Numbered from the stretch's first letter, positions 1 through 8,244 are shown. The stretch: 32,000 bases of DNA from Candidatus Heimdallarchaeota archaeon B3_Heim (GCA_003144275.1 NJBF01000022.1:1-32000), one strand, 5' to 3'. The notes: generated from the letters alone by a model not told the origin. A program made the numbers and translations.

Positions 1-43
1 GGAGTCCGTTTTCTAACGAGTGTATTTCTTGATTCGCTATCAT
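1..43 (-). CDS. Possible 5' fragment of a CDS running off the window edge (MIANQEIHSLENGL...), reminiscent of M16 peptidase N-termini
   Basis: ATG at 43 on the minus strand, open to base 1. LENGL resembles the 'LxNGL' start of insulinase-family proteins. Only 14 codons are visible. Confidence 0.25.
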   Translation of the reverse strand, partial: MIANQEIHSLENGL

Positions 44-133
44 AGAAAAACATTTGGCTCAGAAGTTAAATGCTTATGGGTCAGCTCCGTCATTACTCCC
101 CGATGGTGACTTACTCATCATTCGAGATGAGGG

Positions 134-1012
134 TTATTGTGAATATTTTCGACTTAGAATTATTTCACGGTCATTTTTTCTAAATCCCCATTTTTTGTAC
201 ATCTTATTATGATGGGAAGAATCGGCGTAAGTGGATAATAAAACTCGGGTAACATGTTTTGATCTGAACCATTTGAAAGCGTGTGCAGTAAGGGTAGTGG
301 CGACACGTTTTTGCTGCTGATCTGGAAGAGTTGCTATCCTAATATAATTACCGCTTTGATTAGTACGTGATACTGCATTAAAATTGTAACCAACAATGAT
401 ATTATTCCAAATAGCTACAAATAAGATTTCAAATACGTCTTTCATTATTTTTTTAAATTCATCACGATTCTTTTGCCAATAATCCGAAAAGCATGCTTTT
501 TCGATTTGTAAAATTCCATCTATATCAGACTTCTTAGCTTTTCGAACGGCTATTTCTTTATTGACAGAAAAAGGGAAGTCTAAACTGTTTTTTATGTATC
601 CATTAATTTCTGCGATAATTGAGAACTTTCTTCTTAGGAAAAATGATTGGAATTTAAAATACTCCTCTGGTATTCTCACAGATAAGTAGCGAAGACTGGA
701 ATTTTTTGATACTATTTCGCTTTCTAATGATTTAAGAAGATTTGTAGCAATACCTTGGTTACGATAATCAGCAGACACATAAATTGCTTGAATTTTTGCT
801 TCTTGAGGGTTAGATATATATCCCATTGCGAAACCTGATATTTGACTTGATGGTTCTTCTGACACTTTTATTAAATCACGATTCGATGTGATGTAGGAGT
901 AAAAATTTGTCTTATTATGTGTATATTCAAATCTTCCCATGCATTGAATGTACAAAGATTCAAGAGCCTTTAAATCTTCTTTTTTTGCAGATCTGATAAG
1001 AGAATTCGCTAT
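134..1012 (-). CDS. Tandem (two-domain) GNAT N-acetyltransferase
   Basis: Domain 1 has the acetyl-CoA motif VSADYRNQGIATNLL. Domain 2 is RimI-like (VRKAKKSDIDGILQIEKACF, IATLPDQQQKRVA). The track starts at TTG 955, but the frame stays open upstream through IRSAKKEDLKALESLY (typical GNAT beta1-alpha1), so the start is probably near 1012. Confidence 0.85.
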   Translation of the reverse strand: MANSLIRSAKKEDLKALESLYIQCMGRFEYTHNKTNFYSYITSNRDLIKVSEEPSSQISGFAMGYISNPQEAKIQAIYVSADYRNQGIATNLLKSLESEIVSKNSSLRYLSVRIPEEYFKFQSFFLRRKFSIIAEINGYIKNSLDFPFSVNKEIAVRKAKKSDIDGILQIEKACFSDYWQKNRDEFKKIMKDVFEILFVAIWNNIIVGYNFNAVSRTNQSGNYIRIATLPDQQQKRVATTLTAHAFKWFRSKHVTRVLLSTYADSSHHNKMYKKWGFRKNDREIILSRKYSQ

Positions 1013-1179
1013 GATAAAACACCAATTAATTTATATTAAATCCACATCATAGTAAGCATAGCATTTTCTCGTTAAATATTTTAAGGTGTCATTTAAACTC
1101 CAAAATATCATGAACTGAAATTATGAGTTCAGGTGACTGAGTGAGACCTAATCTAATGTGGTAAATAGGAGAAAAGTTC

Positions 1180-3270
1180 GTGCCTATAGAAAAAAATTTT
1201 CCTGTTGCATCTATTCAAGAAATTGCAAAGGTTGAGTCGCAAAGACGCCAATTCTATCGACCGATTTACTCAATTCACAAATCATGGGCACGAAGACCAG
1301 GATCAACGTTTCGAGCAATAGGATTAGCTCAATTTTCAGATACTCACTTATTTAGCTCTACAGAAGATGACGAAGGAGCATTCTATAGAAATCATAATTT
1401 TTCCGGAAAAATTGTCTTGGATCCCTTCTGTGGAGGAGGAACAAGCCTGATTGAGCTTAATAGATTGGGGGTAAAATCTATTGGGATTGATCTAAATCCT
1501 GTTGCTTGGTTCACAACAAAAAAGGAGCTTGATAGCTTAAACAAAGAAAAATTCAACCAAAAAATAACCTGGATTTTTACCCACGTGGGAAAACGAATTA
1601 AAGAGTTCTATCAGACAAAATGTTCTGAATGTGGATCTCATCACGCAGACATTATGTATACATTTTGGGTTCGTACGATACAATGCCCTAGTTGCCAATC
1701 GAATGAGGATTTATTCAAATATTACATCATAGGGAAGAAGCAACGCAAGAGTCTAGAAACATTAGTAATTTGTCCAGAATGTGATATGTTGTTTTCCACT
1801 AGAGAGGATCTCTCTTCTCAAAGTACTTGTCTCAATTGTGAAACAAAGTTCATCCCCCAAAAGGGGAACTGTAAGAAGAAGATATTCACGTGTACAAAGT
1901 GTGAAAGTGAATTCCGGTTAGTGGATATAGTAAAGGAAAATGTTCAATCTCTCTCATCAAGACAGATTGCCATTGAATTTTATTGTAAAACGTGTAGGTA
2001 CAGAGGATACAAATCGGTGGATGAAGAGGATATTAAAAATTATAATAAAATCGTAGATTCATTTGAAGAGCAAAAAGAGAGTTTACCATATCCAAGAGAG
2101 CTAATTCCTGAAAGCGGGTCAAATGTAAAAAATCTAATCAACTACGGCTTTAAGACTTTCGCATCCTTATTCAATCCTCGACAATTATTTAGCCTAAGTT
2201 TACTTCTAGAAACCATCTTATTAATTAAAGATCAAAATTTAAAAGAATTTTTTGTTTGTGCCCTTTCTAGTTGCTTGGAATTTCATACCGTGCTCTCTCC
2301 ATATAATTATACCATGAAACAAATTGTTAATGTTTTTAATTTTCAATCATTCCTTGTTCCTTTGCAGTATGTCGAGAATAACGTCTGGGGAACTGATAAG
2401 GGTAATGGAACATTCATCACTTATCTAGAAAAGATAAAAAGAGCAAAAGAATATTGTGAAGCCCCATTTGAGATCAGAATCCAAGAGAATCGAATTACTC
2501 GCGTACCTATTCCTGGTGACCGAATCCATGCTAAGATACTTGAAAATTTTGATCAACTTAAAGAGAGTGTCAACGCTGACTCTTTGTTGATTGCAGGTAC
2601 GTCCATTAACCTGATGAAGTATGGTATTCCTGATCAATCTGTCGATTTAGTCTTGACTGATCCACCATACTTTGATTATATACAATATAGCGAATTAGCA
2701 AATTTTTTCTATGTGTGGTTGCGGTTAGCTTTAAAAGAAACATATTCATGGTTTGAATCTTCCACTATCATTAGTGAAGAAGAAATTGGATTACAAAAAG
2801 ATGATTTAATATTTGTTTCTCAATTAATTAAGGTCTTTAGAGAATGTCGTCGGGTATTAAAAGATAAATCTCCCTTAATATTCACCTTCCATCATTCTAA
2901 TCCGAAAGCATGGACCTTAATACTTAAAGCTTTAAATGAAAGCCAGTTTCTACTCAAAGCAGCCTTCCCTGTAATTAGCGAATTTCGTGCCCGACCCGTC
3001 ACAGGGAGTAATTTCGATATAATTCTAGTAGCTAGAAAAACAACAGAAGATGATACTCCAGTCACAGTGGATACATTTACCTCAATAGAGGAGGAAATCA
3101 AAGTAAAATTTCAGAAATTTTCAGATAAATATGGAAAAAGGAAAGAGGGAGAGTGGGAGAAATTATTTGCAGAAATTTTACCATTACTATCATTTTATTT
3201 ACTACACGGTACTGAAAATGATCTAAAAAAAACTTTGGCCAAACTATTTCAAATGAAGAAATTGTTATAA
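1180..3270 (+). CDS. DUF1156/COG1743-type SAM-dependent amino (N6-adenine-type) DNA methyltransferase with Zn ribbons, paralog 1
   Basis: N-terminal IEKNFP...HKSWARRP (DUF1156-like), motif I LDPFCGGGT, six CxxC pairs and motif IV LTDPPYFDY. GTG start with AGGAG at 1167-1171. Confidence 0.85.
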   Translation: MPIEKNFPVASIQEIAKVESQRRQFYRPIYSIHKSWARRPGSTFRAIGLAQFSDTHLFSSTEDDEGAFYRNHNFSGKIVLDPFCGGGTSLIELNRLGVKSIGIDLNPVAWFTTKKELDSLNKEKFNQKITWIFTHVGKRIKEFYQTKCSECGSHHADIMYTFWVRTIQCPSCQSNEDLFKYYIIGKKQRKSLETLVICPECDMLFSTREDLSSQSTCLNCETKFIPQKGNCKKKIFTCTKCESEFRLVDIVKENVQSLSSRQIAIEFYCKTCRYRGYKSVDEEDIKNYNKIVDSFEEQKESLPYPRELIPESGSNVKNLINYGFKTFASLFNPRQLFSLSLLLETILLIKDQNLKEFFVCALSSCLEFHTVLSPYNYTMKQIVNVFNFQSFLVPLQYVENNVWGTDKGNGTFITYLEKIKRAKEYCEAPFEIRIQENRITRVPIPGDRIHAKILENFDQLKESVNADSLLIAGTSINLMKYGIPDQSVDLVLTDPPYFDYIQYSELANFFYVWLRLALKETYSWFESSTIISEEEIGLQKDDLIFVSQLIKVFRECRRVLKDKSPLIFTFHHSNPKAWTLILKALNESQFLLKAAFPVISEFRARPVTGSNFDIILVARKTTEDDTPVTVDTFTSIEEEIKVKFQKFSDKYGKRKEGEWEKLFAEILPLLSFYLLHGTENDLKKTLAKLFQMKKLL

Positions 3271-3317
3271 CCTCCCCCCTTAAAAGAAAAGAGCAAGTTA
3301 AAAGGTCAATCGCTAAT

Positions 3318-3323
3318 GGAGGT
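3318..3323 (+). promoter_or_regulatory. Shine-Dalgarno GGAGGT for thymidine kinase
   Basis: GGAGGT lies 8 nt upstream of the TTG at 3332. Confidence 0.6.
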
Positions 3324-3331
3324 CATATTTA

Positions 3332-3940
3332 TTGCCAGAAATCTATACACCTGGATATCTCGAAGCAATCTTCGGACCGATGAAATCTGGGAAAAGTGAA
3401 TATTTAATTCGTATGTTCAACGAGTTACGGTATTCAGATATTAAAGGTATTGTATTTAAACCAGCTGTCAACACCCGAGAGCCTGGAATTGCGTCGAGGG
3501 GTAGTGATATGCAGCTAGAAGCAATTATAATAGATGAAAAATATCCTGAAAAAATATTGTACCATTTAGAGACTCTAGAATGTAAATTCGTTGGAATTGA
3601 TGAAGCTCAATTCTTTACAGATAATCTAGTTGATGTTGTAGAAGATTTGATCAAAAAAGAATATCATGTCATTGTTTGTGGATTATTATTGAGTTTTCGC
3701 GGAGAACCATTTGGACCAATGCCCTCGTTAGTAGGAAGAGCAAATCACGTGACTCGACTCACTGCAATATGTGAATATCCAAACTGCAATCATTGGGCCG
3801 TCCTTACTCAGCGACTGATAGATGGAAAACCCAGTCCTTATGACAGTCCGCTAGTCTTAATTGAAAAATCAGGACAATCAGATAATTATGAGCCAAGATG
3901 CGTAAATCACCACCAAGTACCCAAGAAATCCAAAACTTGA
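3332..3940 (+). CDS. tdk: Thymidine kinase (TK1/bacterial type)
   Basis: Walker A GPMKSGKS, Walker B VGIDEAQFF, GLxxSFRGEPF, and a Zn/lasso region LTAICEYPNC...YEPRCVNHH. Confidence 0.93.
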   Translation: MPEIYTPGYLEAIFGPMKSGKSEYLIRMFNELRYSDIKGIVFKPAVNTREPGIASRGSDMQLEAIIIDEKYPEKILYHLETLECKFVGIDEAQFFTDNLVDVVEDLIKKEYHVIVCGLLLSFRGEPFGPMPSLVGRANHVTRLTAICEYPNCNHWAVLTQRLIDGKPSPYDSPLVLIEKSGQSDNYEPRCVNHHQVPKKSKT

Positions 3941-6060
3941 TCCAAGAGAAAGAAATCGAAAAAGAATTTCCCTTCTCTCAAGTCAGTGAGATTGCTAATC
4001 GCGAAAGCAATGCAAAGAGGTACTATCGTCCAATCTTAACTCTTCATAAATGGTTTGCCCGTAGACTAGGATCTGTTTTTCGCTCTATATTAATATACGC
4101 AAGTATTAAACCACTAGCTCACACTAAAAAAACTGGAGGGGATTCCTTTTGGGATTTATATTTAGAAGATCACTCTTTCTCAAATATGACAGTTCTAGAT
4201 CCTTTTATGGGGGGTGGGACTACTGTTGTCGAGGCGTTGAGATTGGGTTATGCTAAAGTCATTGGAGGAGATTTAAATCCCGTTGCATGGTTTACTGTCA
4301 AAAAGGAAATAGAAGATGTAGAAATAGATTTACTACAGAAAGAATTTGATAATATTTCAAAAAATATTAAGCTAGATATTCAGCGATACTATAAATCCCA
4401 ATGTTCATTTTGTTCTAGCATTGCTGATGTCATGTATTATTTCTGGATCAAAGAAATTAAATGTGAAAAATGTCAACATAATATTCCGCTATTTCGTAGT
4501 TTTCTCTTTGCAGATAATCGAAAAGATGCAACAACGCAGCATGTAATTTGCCCTGAATGCAATCAATTATTTTTAACTGATAGAAAGTCTAGATGTTTGT
4601 GTCCCAAGTGCTCAACAAGATTTGAAGCATCAGATTTTGTAGTAAAAAGGGGCCGCTATTTCTGTCCTTCATGTGAACACACAGGACGAATAGTTAATGT
4701 AAATGAGAGTCAAGGAAAGCCTACTGAAAGACTTTATGCTCTTGAATTCTACTGTTCTGAATGTAAAGTACGAGGATATAAAACGGCTAATAAAGAGGAT
4801 TTTGAACTATATAAGCATGCAGAATCAGAATTTGATTCATTACATGCCGTCTTACCTCTACCACAGCAAAAAATACCCCTTGGAGCAAAGACTCAAGAAT
4901 TGTTGAATCATAGGATTACTTATTTTACTGATATGTATAATAAACGACAGCTTTTATCATTAGGTAAACTATTGCAAGCTATACTTGACATAGTAGATCC
5001 AAATATTAGGGAATTTTTGCTTATAACTTTTTCTACAGCTCTAGAATATAACAATCTATTATGTGAATACCATCGAAAAAATCATTATGTCTACAACTTA
5101 TTCAGAAAACATGCATACCCAGCTACTTTAAATCCATGCGAAAACAATCCATGGGGAGCACGTTATGGAACAGGGACTTTCAAGAATTTTCTTAAGAAGA
5201 TGATAAAGGTTAAATTGTATTCAAAGGCCCCTTACGAGGTGTACATTGATTCTTCTGGAAAACCAGCTCGAAAACAAATGAACCATCCAATTGTTGCTAA
5301 AGTAAATTTTAATTCTTCAACTATTGATTCCTCAGTTAACTCCAAACTTGTTCATTTATATTGTCATTCATCATCCAAAATTCCCCTATCTGAAAAATCT
5401 ATTGATCTCGTTGTTACTGATCCCCCGTATTACGATAATGTACAATATGCAGAGCTGGCTGATTTCTACTATGTATGGCTGAGATTGGGTTTACAAGAAT
5501 CATACCCATGGTTTGTGCCAGAATATTCACCCAAAGATACTGAAATTGTGAAGAATGTGAAGAGGGGTAAATCAGGTGAACAATATCAAGAAGAACTTAC
5601 AGCGGTTTTTCGAGAAATCTCAAGAGTTATGAAAGATGATGGCTTATTTATCTTTACATTCCATCATAAAGAATTGGATGCTTGGATTATATTAATCAAT
5701 AGTCTGATACAGCAAAATTTCATAATAAAAAGTATTTATCCAGTCCATTCAGAGATGAAAACAAGCACTCAGATTCGAGGAACTAAAAGTATCGGAATAG
5801 ATGTAATATTTGTTTGTAGAAAGCATTTAGATGAGGTTTTGACAAAAGAATGGACTGAGATTCTCAAAAAAGCAAAAAGTGAGATAAATGAGAAGTTGAG
5901 TATTTTACATGATACAATTAAGGATCTGTCAGAAATTGACTGTTTTGTTCTTAAAATGGGTGTAGGACTCAAATATTACACTCAATATCACCGTTCTATT
6001 AAATCAAGGGGGGAGAAAGTTTCAATTAAAGACGTATTAGAAAATTTCTCTCAAGATTAA
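3937..6060 (+). CDS. DUF1156/COG1743-type amino DNA methyltransferase with Zn ribbons, paralog 2
   Basis: IEKEFP...HKWFARRL, motif I LDPFMGGGTT, six CxxC pairs and motif IV VTDPPYYDN. The track starts at ATG 3898. An in-frame TTG at 3937 overlaps the tdk stop (TTGA) and aligns better with the N-terminus of paralog 1. Confidence 0.85.
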   Translation: MIQEKEIEKEFPFSQVSEIANRESNAKRYYRPILTLHKWFARRLGSVFRSILIYASIKPLAHTKKTGGDSFWDLYLEDHSFSNMTVLDPFMGGGTTVVEALRLGYAKVIGGDLNPVAWFTVKKEIEDVEIDLLQKEFDNISKNIKLDIQRYYKSQCSFCSSIADVMYYFWIKEIKCEKCQHNIPLFRSFLFADNRKDATTQHVICPECNQLFLTDRKSRCLCPKCSTRFEASDFVVKRGRYFCPSCEHTGRIVNVNESQGKPTERLYALEFYCSECKVRGYKTANKEDFELYKHAESEFDSLHAVLPLPQQKIPLGAKTQELLNHRITYFTDMYNKRQLLSLGKLLQAILDIVDPNIREFLLITFSTALEYNNLLCEYHRKNHYVYNLFRKHAYPATLNPCENNPWGARYGTGTFKNFLKKMIKVKLYSKAPYEVYIDSSGKPARKQMNHPIVAKVNFNSSTIDSSVNSKLVHLYCHSSSKIPLSEKSIDLVVTDPPYYDNVQYAELADFYYVWLRLGLQESYPWFVPEYSPKDTEIVKNVKRGKSGEQYQEELTAVFREISRVMKDDGLFIFTFHHKELDAWIILINSLIQQNFIIKSIYPVHSEMKTSTQIRGTKSIGIDVIFVCRKHLDEVLTKEWTEILKKAKSEINEKLSILHDTIKDLSEIDCFVLKMGVGLKYYTQYHRSIKSRGEKVSIKDVLENFSQD

Positions 6061-6066
6061 TTCATT

Positions 6067-6828
6067 TTAATTCTTATCATATATCCATCGTGTTAAATAC
6101 ATGAAAGGTGTATCGATTACTCCTAAGAACCATTTGATAGCAACTTGGCCGAGAATTAACTCCAAGACGAAACCAATGTCATTTGGTTGTATTGCTGTAT
6201 CAATGAATCCTTGAATAATGGGAAAGAAATAGAATGCCAGTGGGACAAAAATTATCGAATCGAGACCTAAGCTGAGTATATCGCTAAAAACGTTTCGAAT
6301 CCAAAGATATTTCCACCAATCATCATCGTTTTGAGTTCTGTTTCGTATCCACTCCCTTATATTGTCATAAATCCAAGCATCGAATCTTTCACTAATAAGA
6401 AAGCTTGTCCAAGATGCAAGAGTAATGGCTGGTATAATTGCAAACCCAGAAAACGGATCTGGACCGTCGGCTACAGGCAAATATACTGCAAAAATTATGA
6501 AAATAACCATCAAAATCTGACTGACTAATCCAATCCATATCATATTGTAGACAGCTTGCCTACCGAATTTCTCATTCACCATATCAGTGATTTGCAGGGT
6601 AAATGGGAAGACTATCACTCCTACTGGTGCATATACTACACCGAGTAAAATGAAGTCAAGGTTAAATACAGCTATTTTCGTAGCAAAGAATTGAGCAAGT
6701 GTAAGAAAGAGAATGTAACTTGCTAACAATCCATAATATGAATTTGTTATCACTGTGTGTTTTGCAACTATATATGTAAATATTCCAAGTGTTATAAAGA
6801 TACCAATTGAGATTATCAATGTTTCCAA
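6067..6828 (-). CDS. Queuosine precursor (preQ0/preQ1) transporter, YhhQ/VUT family
   Basis: Multi-TM protein with family-like segments ATKIAVF, FPFTLQITDMVNEKFGRQAV, ASWTSFLISERFDAWIY and WIRNVFSDILSLGLDSIIF. Confidence 0.85.
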   Translation of the reverse strand: METLIISIGIFITLGIFTYIVAKHTVITNSYYGLLASYILFLTLAQFFATKIAVFNLDFILLGVVYAPVGVIVFPFTLQITDMVNEKFGRQAVYNMIWIGLVSQILMVIFIIFAVYLPVADGPDPFSGFAIIPAITLASWTSFLISERFDAWIYDNIREWIRNRTQNDDDWWKYLWIRNVFSDILSLGLDSIIFVPLAFYFFPIIQGFIDTAIQPNDIGFVLELILGQVAIKWFLGVIDTPFMYLTRWIYDKN

Positions 6829-6872
6829 GATTTTCCCGCTCCATATTATTCTGATTTCGAAGGTGAATCGTG

Positions 6873-7061
6873 TTATTTTAATTTAGGCTGAGCTTCAATT
6901 CCTCTTCCATGACGATTATCAATTTCATCTAGAGAATCTAATAACTTACGTAATGCAGCACGAATGGCATCACTAAGGCTTACAAATTTCTTATCGGTTC
7001 CAATATGGAGTTTAAGATCATCCAGTATGTGTTGTGGGACTTCGACTGATATTTTTGTCAT
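6873..7061 (-). CDS. Ribbon-helix-helix (CopG/Arc/MetJ-type) DNA-binding protein
   Basis: 62 aa. N-terminal strand KISVEVP, helix QHILDDLK and second helix SLSDAIRAALRKLL. Confidence 0.8.
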   Translation of the reverse strand: MTKISVEVPQHILDDLKLHIGTDKKFVSLSDAIRAALRKLLDSLDEIDNRHGRGIEAQPKLK

Positions 7062-7217
7062 TTGAGAACTATTCCGATAAAATTATTTCAGAGGATATTC
7101 ACTGAGGAGGATTGAAGGAGGGTTGAGAGAGGAATAAAAATCCATGGGAACATATGGGTTATAACCACAATTAGCTAAGTAGAAATAATTACTTCGAGAA
7201 GGTTAGTAATTTTTCCG

Positions 7218-7661
7218 TTAGTGGATATATTTACCTTCTACATAATTTTTCCAGTCAATGTGGACCTTTTGAGGAATGAAATCTAATTCCTCAACTTGAC
7301 TTAATCTCACTCTAAGTTCAGATAGTTCTGTAACTAAATGTCTCATTGCAACGTCAAATTCTTTAATCAAATACACATCAACTAATTCAGGCGCTTCATG
7401 AAAAATTTCTAGTCTAGCTTCGGGAATGTATATTATACCCTTTCTTACAAGTTCAAATATTTGCTCTAGAAGACGCGTCGCATCTTTTAATGATGAAATA
7501 CCTAAAAGAGAAAGTAATAAATTTAAAGTTTGTCGTTCTGTATGTCTAAAAACGGAAACAATCATCACTTGCCACGCGATAATCTCTAGTTGAGCTTCTG
7601 AGTCATGACTAGACATACAAATCAAAACACCATTTCTTACTATAAGAATCTGACTAGACAA
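7218..7661 (-). CDS. Hypothetical protein, possible winged-helix-like segment
   Basis: 147-aa ORF with protein-like composition. The segment LLEQIFELVRKGIIYIP resembles a wHTH recognition helix plus wing. The start could be the internal MSSHDSEAQ. Confidence 0.6.
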   Translation of the reverse strand: MSSQILIVRNGVLICMSSHDSEAQLEIIAWQVMIVSVFRHTERQTLNLLLSLLGISSLKDATRLLEQIFELVRKGIIYIPEARLEIFHEAPELVDVYLIKEFDVAMRHLVTELSELRVRLSQVEELDFIPQKVHIDWKNYVEGKYIH

Positions 7662-7692
7662 ATCATCCCAAAATGTTTATCGTTCCCTAACC

Positions 7693-7703
7693 TTGCCCGA
7701 CAA
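7693..7703. promoter_or_regulatory. Imperfect palindrome TTGCC-C-GACAA (candidate operator, copy 1)
   Basis: One mismatch to TTGTC-N-GACAA, upstream of the 7218-7661 ORF. Confidence 0.35.
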
Positions 7704-7899
7704 TTTAACGTTCGAAGGAAAGGAGGAGCAATTAATTATTGGATGATTAGGGATTTATTAACAATTCGTTTTGGGAATGACTCAGAAGTTTGAATCAACG
7801 GACTTAGTAAAATATCCATTGTGAGTGATAAACAGATTATCTGATGATCATAAATTTATTATAATCAAATACTGTAAAGAGAAGTTTGTATGATCATTT

Positions 7900-7910
7900 T
7901 TGTCCGACAA
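7900..7910. promoter_or_regulatory. Perfect palindrome TTGTC-C-GACAA (candidate operator, copy 2)
   Basis: Read directly from the sequence. The arms are identical to those of the copy at 8226-8236. Confidence 0.45.
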
Positions 7911-8225
7911 GGCAATATTTCTCGTATTCGCTGACCTCTCTCTCTTACGATCTTAAAAGGCCTCCCTCCCTTACTTCTTCAACCCCGAGGTGATGCCAAA
8001 AAATTTTCTTAATTCTTAGGTCATATTCCCTTGTAACTACGTTAGACGAGTTACCCGTCAAAGGCAAGAGAAGAATGGCAAAAACTGGTGGAAGATCATT
8101 GGTGTTTGGGATATCACAGGTAGGTTTGTCTCAAGTAGTCCCTCGAAAGCTATCTCTCCTTGGGAGCTAGTTTTTTCCGGATAGTGGATGTGTGACTCAT
8201 CCTGTCCAGAATTCTTTTTAAAGAG

Positions 8226-8236
8226 TTGTCTGACAA
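8226..8236. promoter_or_regulatory. Perfect palindrome TTGTC-T-GACAA (candidate operator, copy 3)
   Basis: Ends 8 nt before the likely ATG (8245) of the endonuclease III-related gene. Confidence 0.45.
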
Positions 8237-8244
8237 AATTAGTC

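Noticed and set aside
1111-1131. Inverted repeat TGAACT-N9-AGTTCA upstream of methyltransferase paralog 1
   Set aside because: It is a single 6-bp-arm repeat with no second copy, which is expected by chance.
3898-3936. Track ATG start of methyltransferase paralog 2
   Set aside because: It overlaps the tdk Zn-site codons by 43 nt. TTG 3937, coupled to the tdk stop, matches the paralog 1 N-terminus better.
7099-7135. Purine-rich tract (GAGGAGGATTGAAGGAGGGTTGAGAGAGG) and an oppositely oriented pyrimidine tract at about 7930-7985, considered as terminal inverted repeats of a mobile element
   Set aside because: The similarity is only compositional. There is no alignable inverted repeat, target-site duplication or transposase.
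6829-7217. Search for a preQ1 riboswitch upstream of the yhhQ-like gene
   Set aside because: No preQ1-I-like stem with an A-rich tail was seen in either gap.
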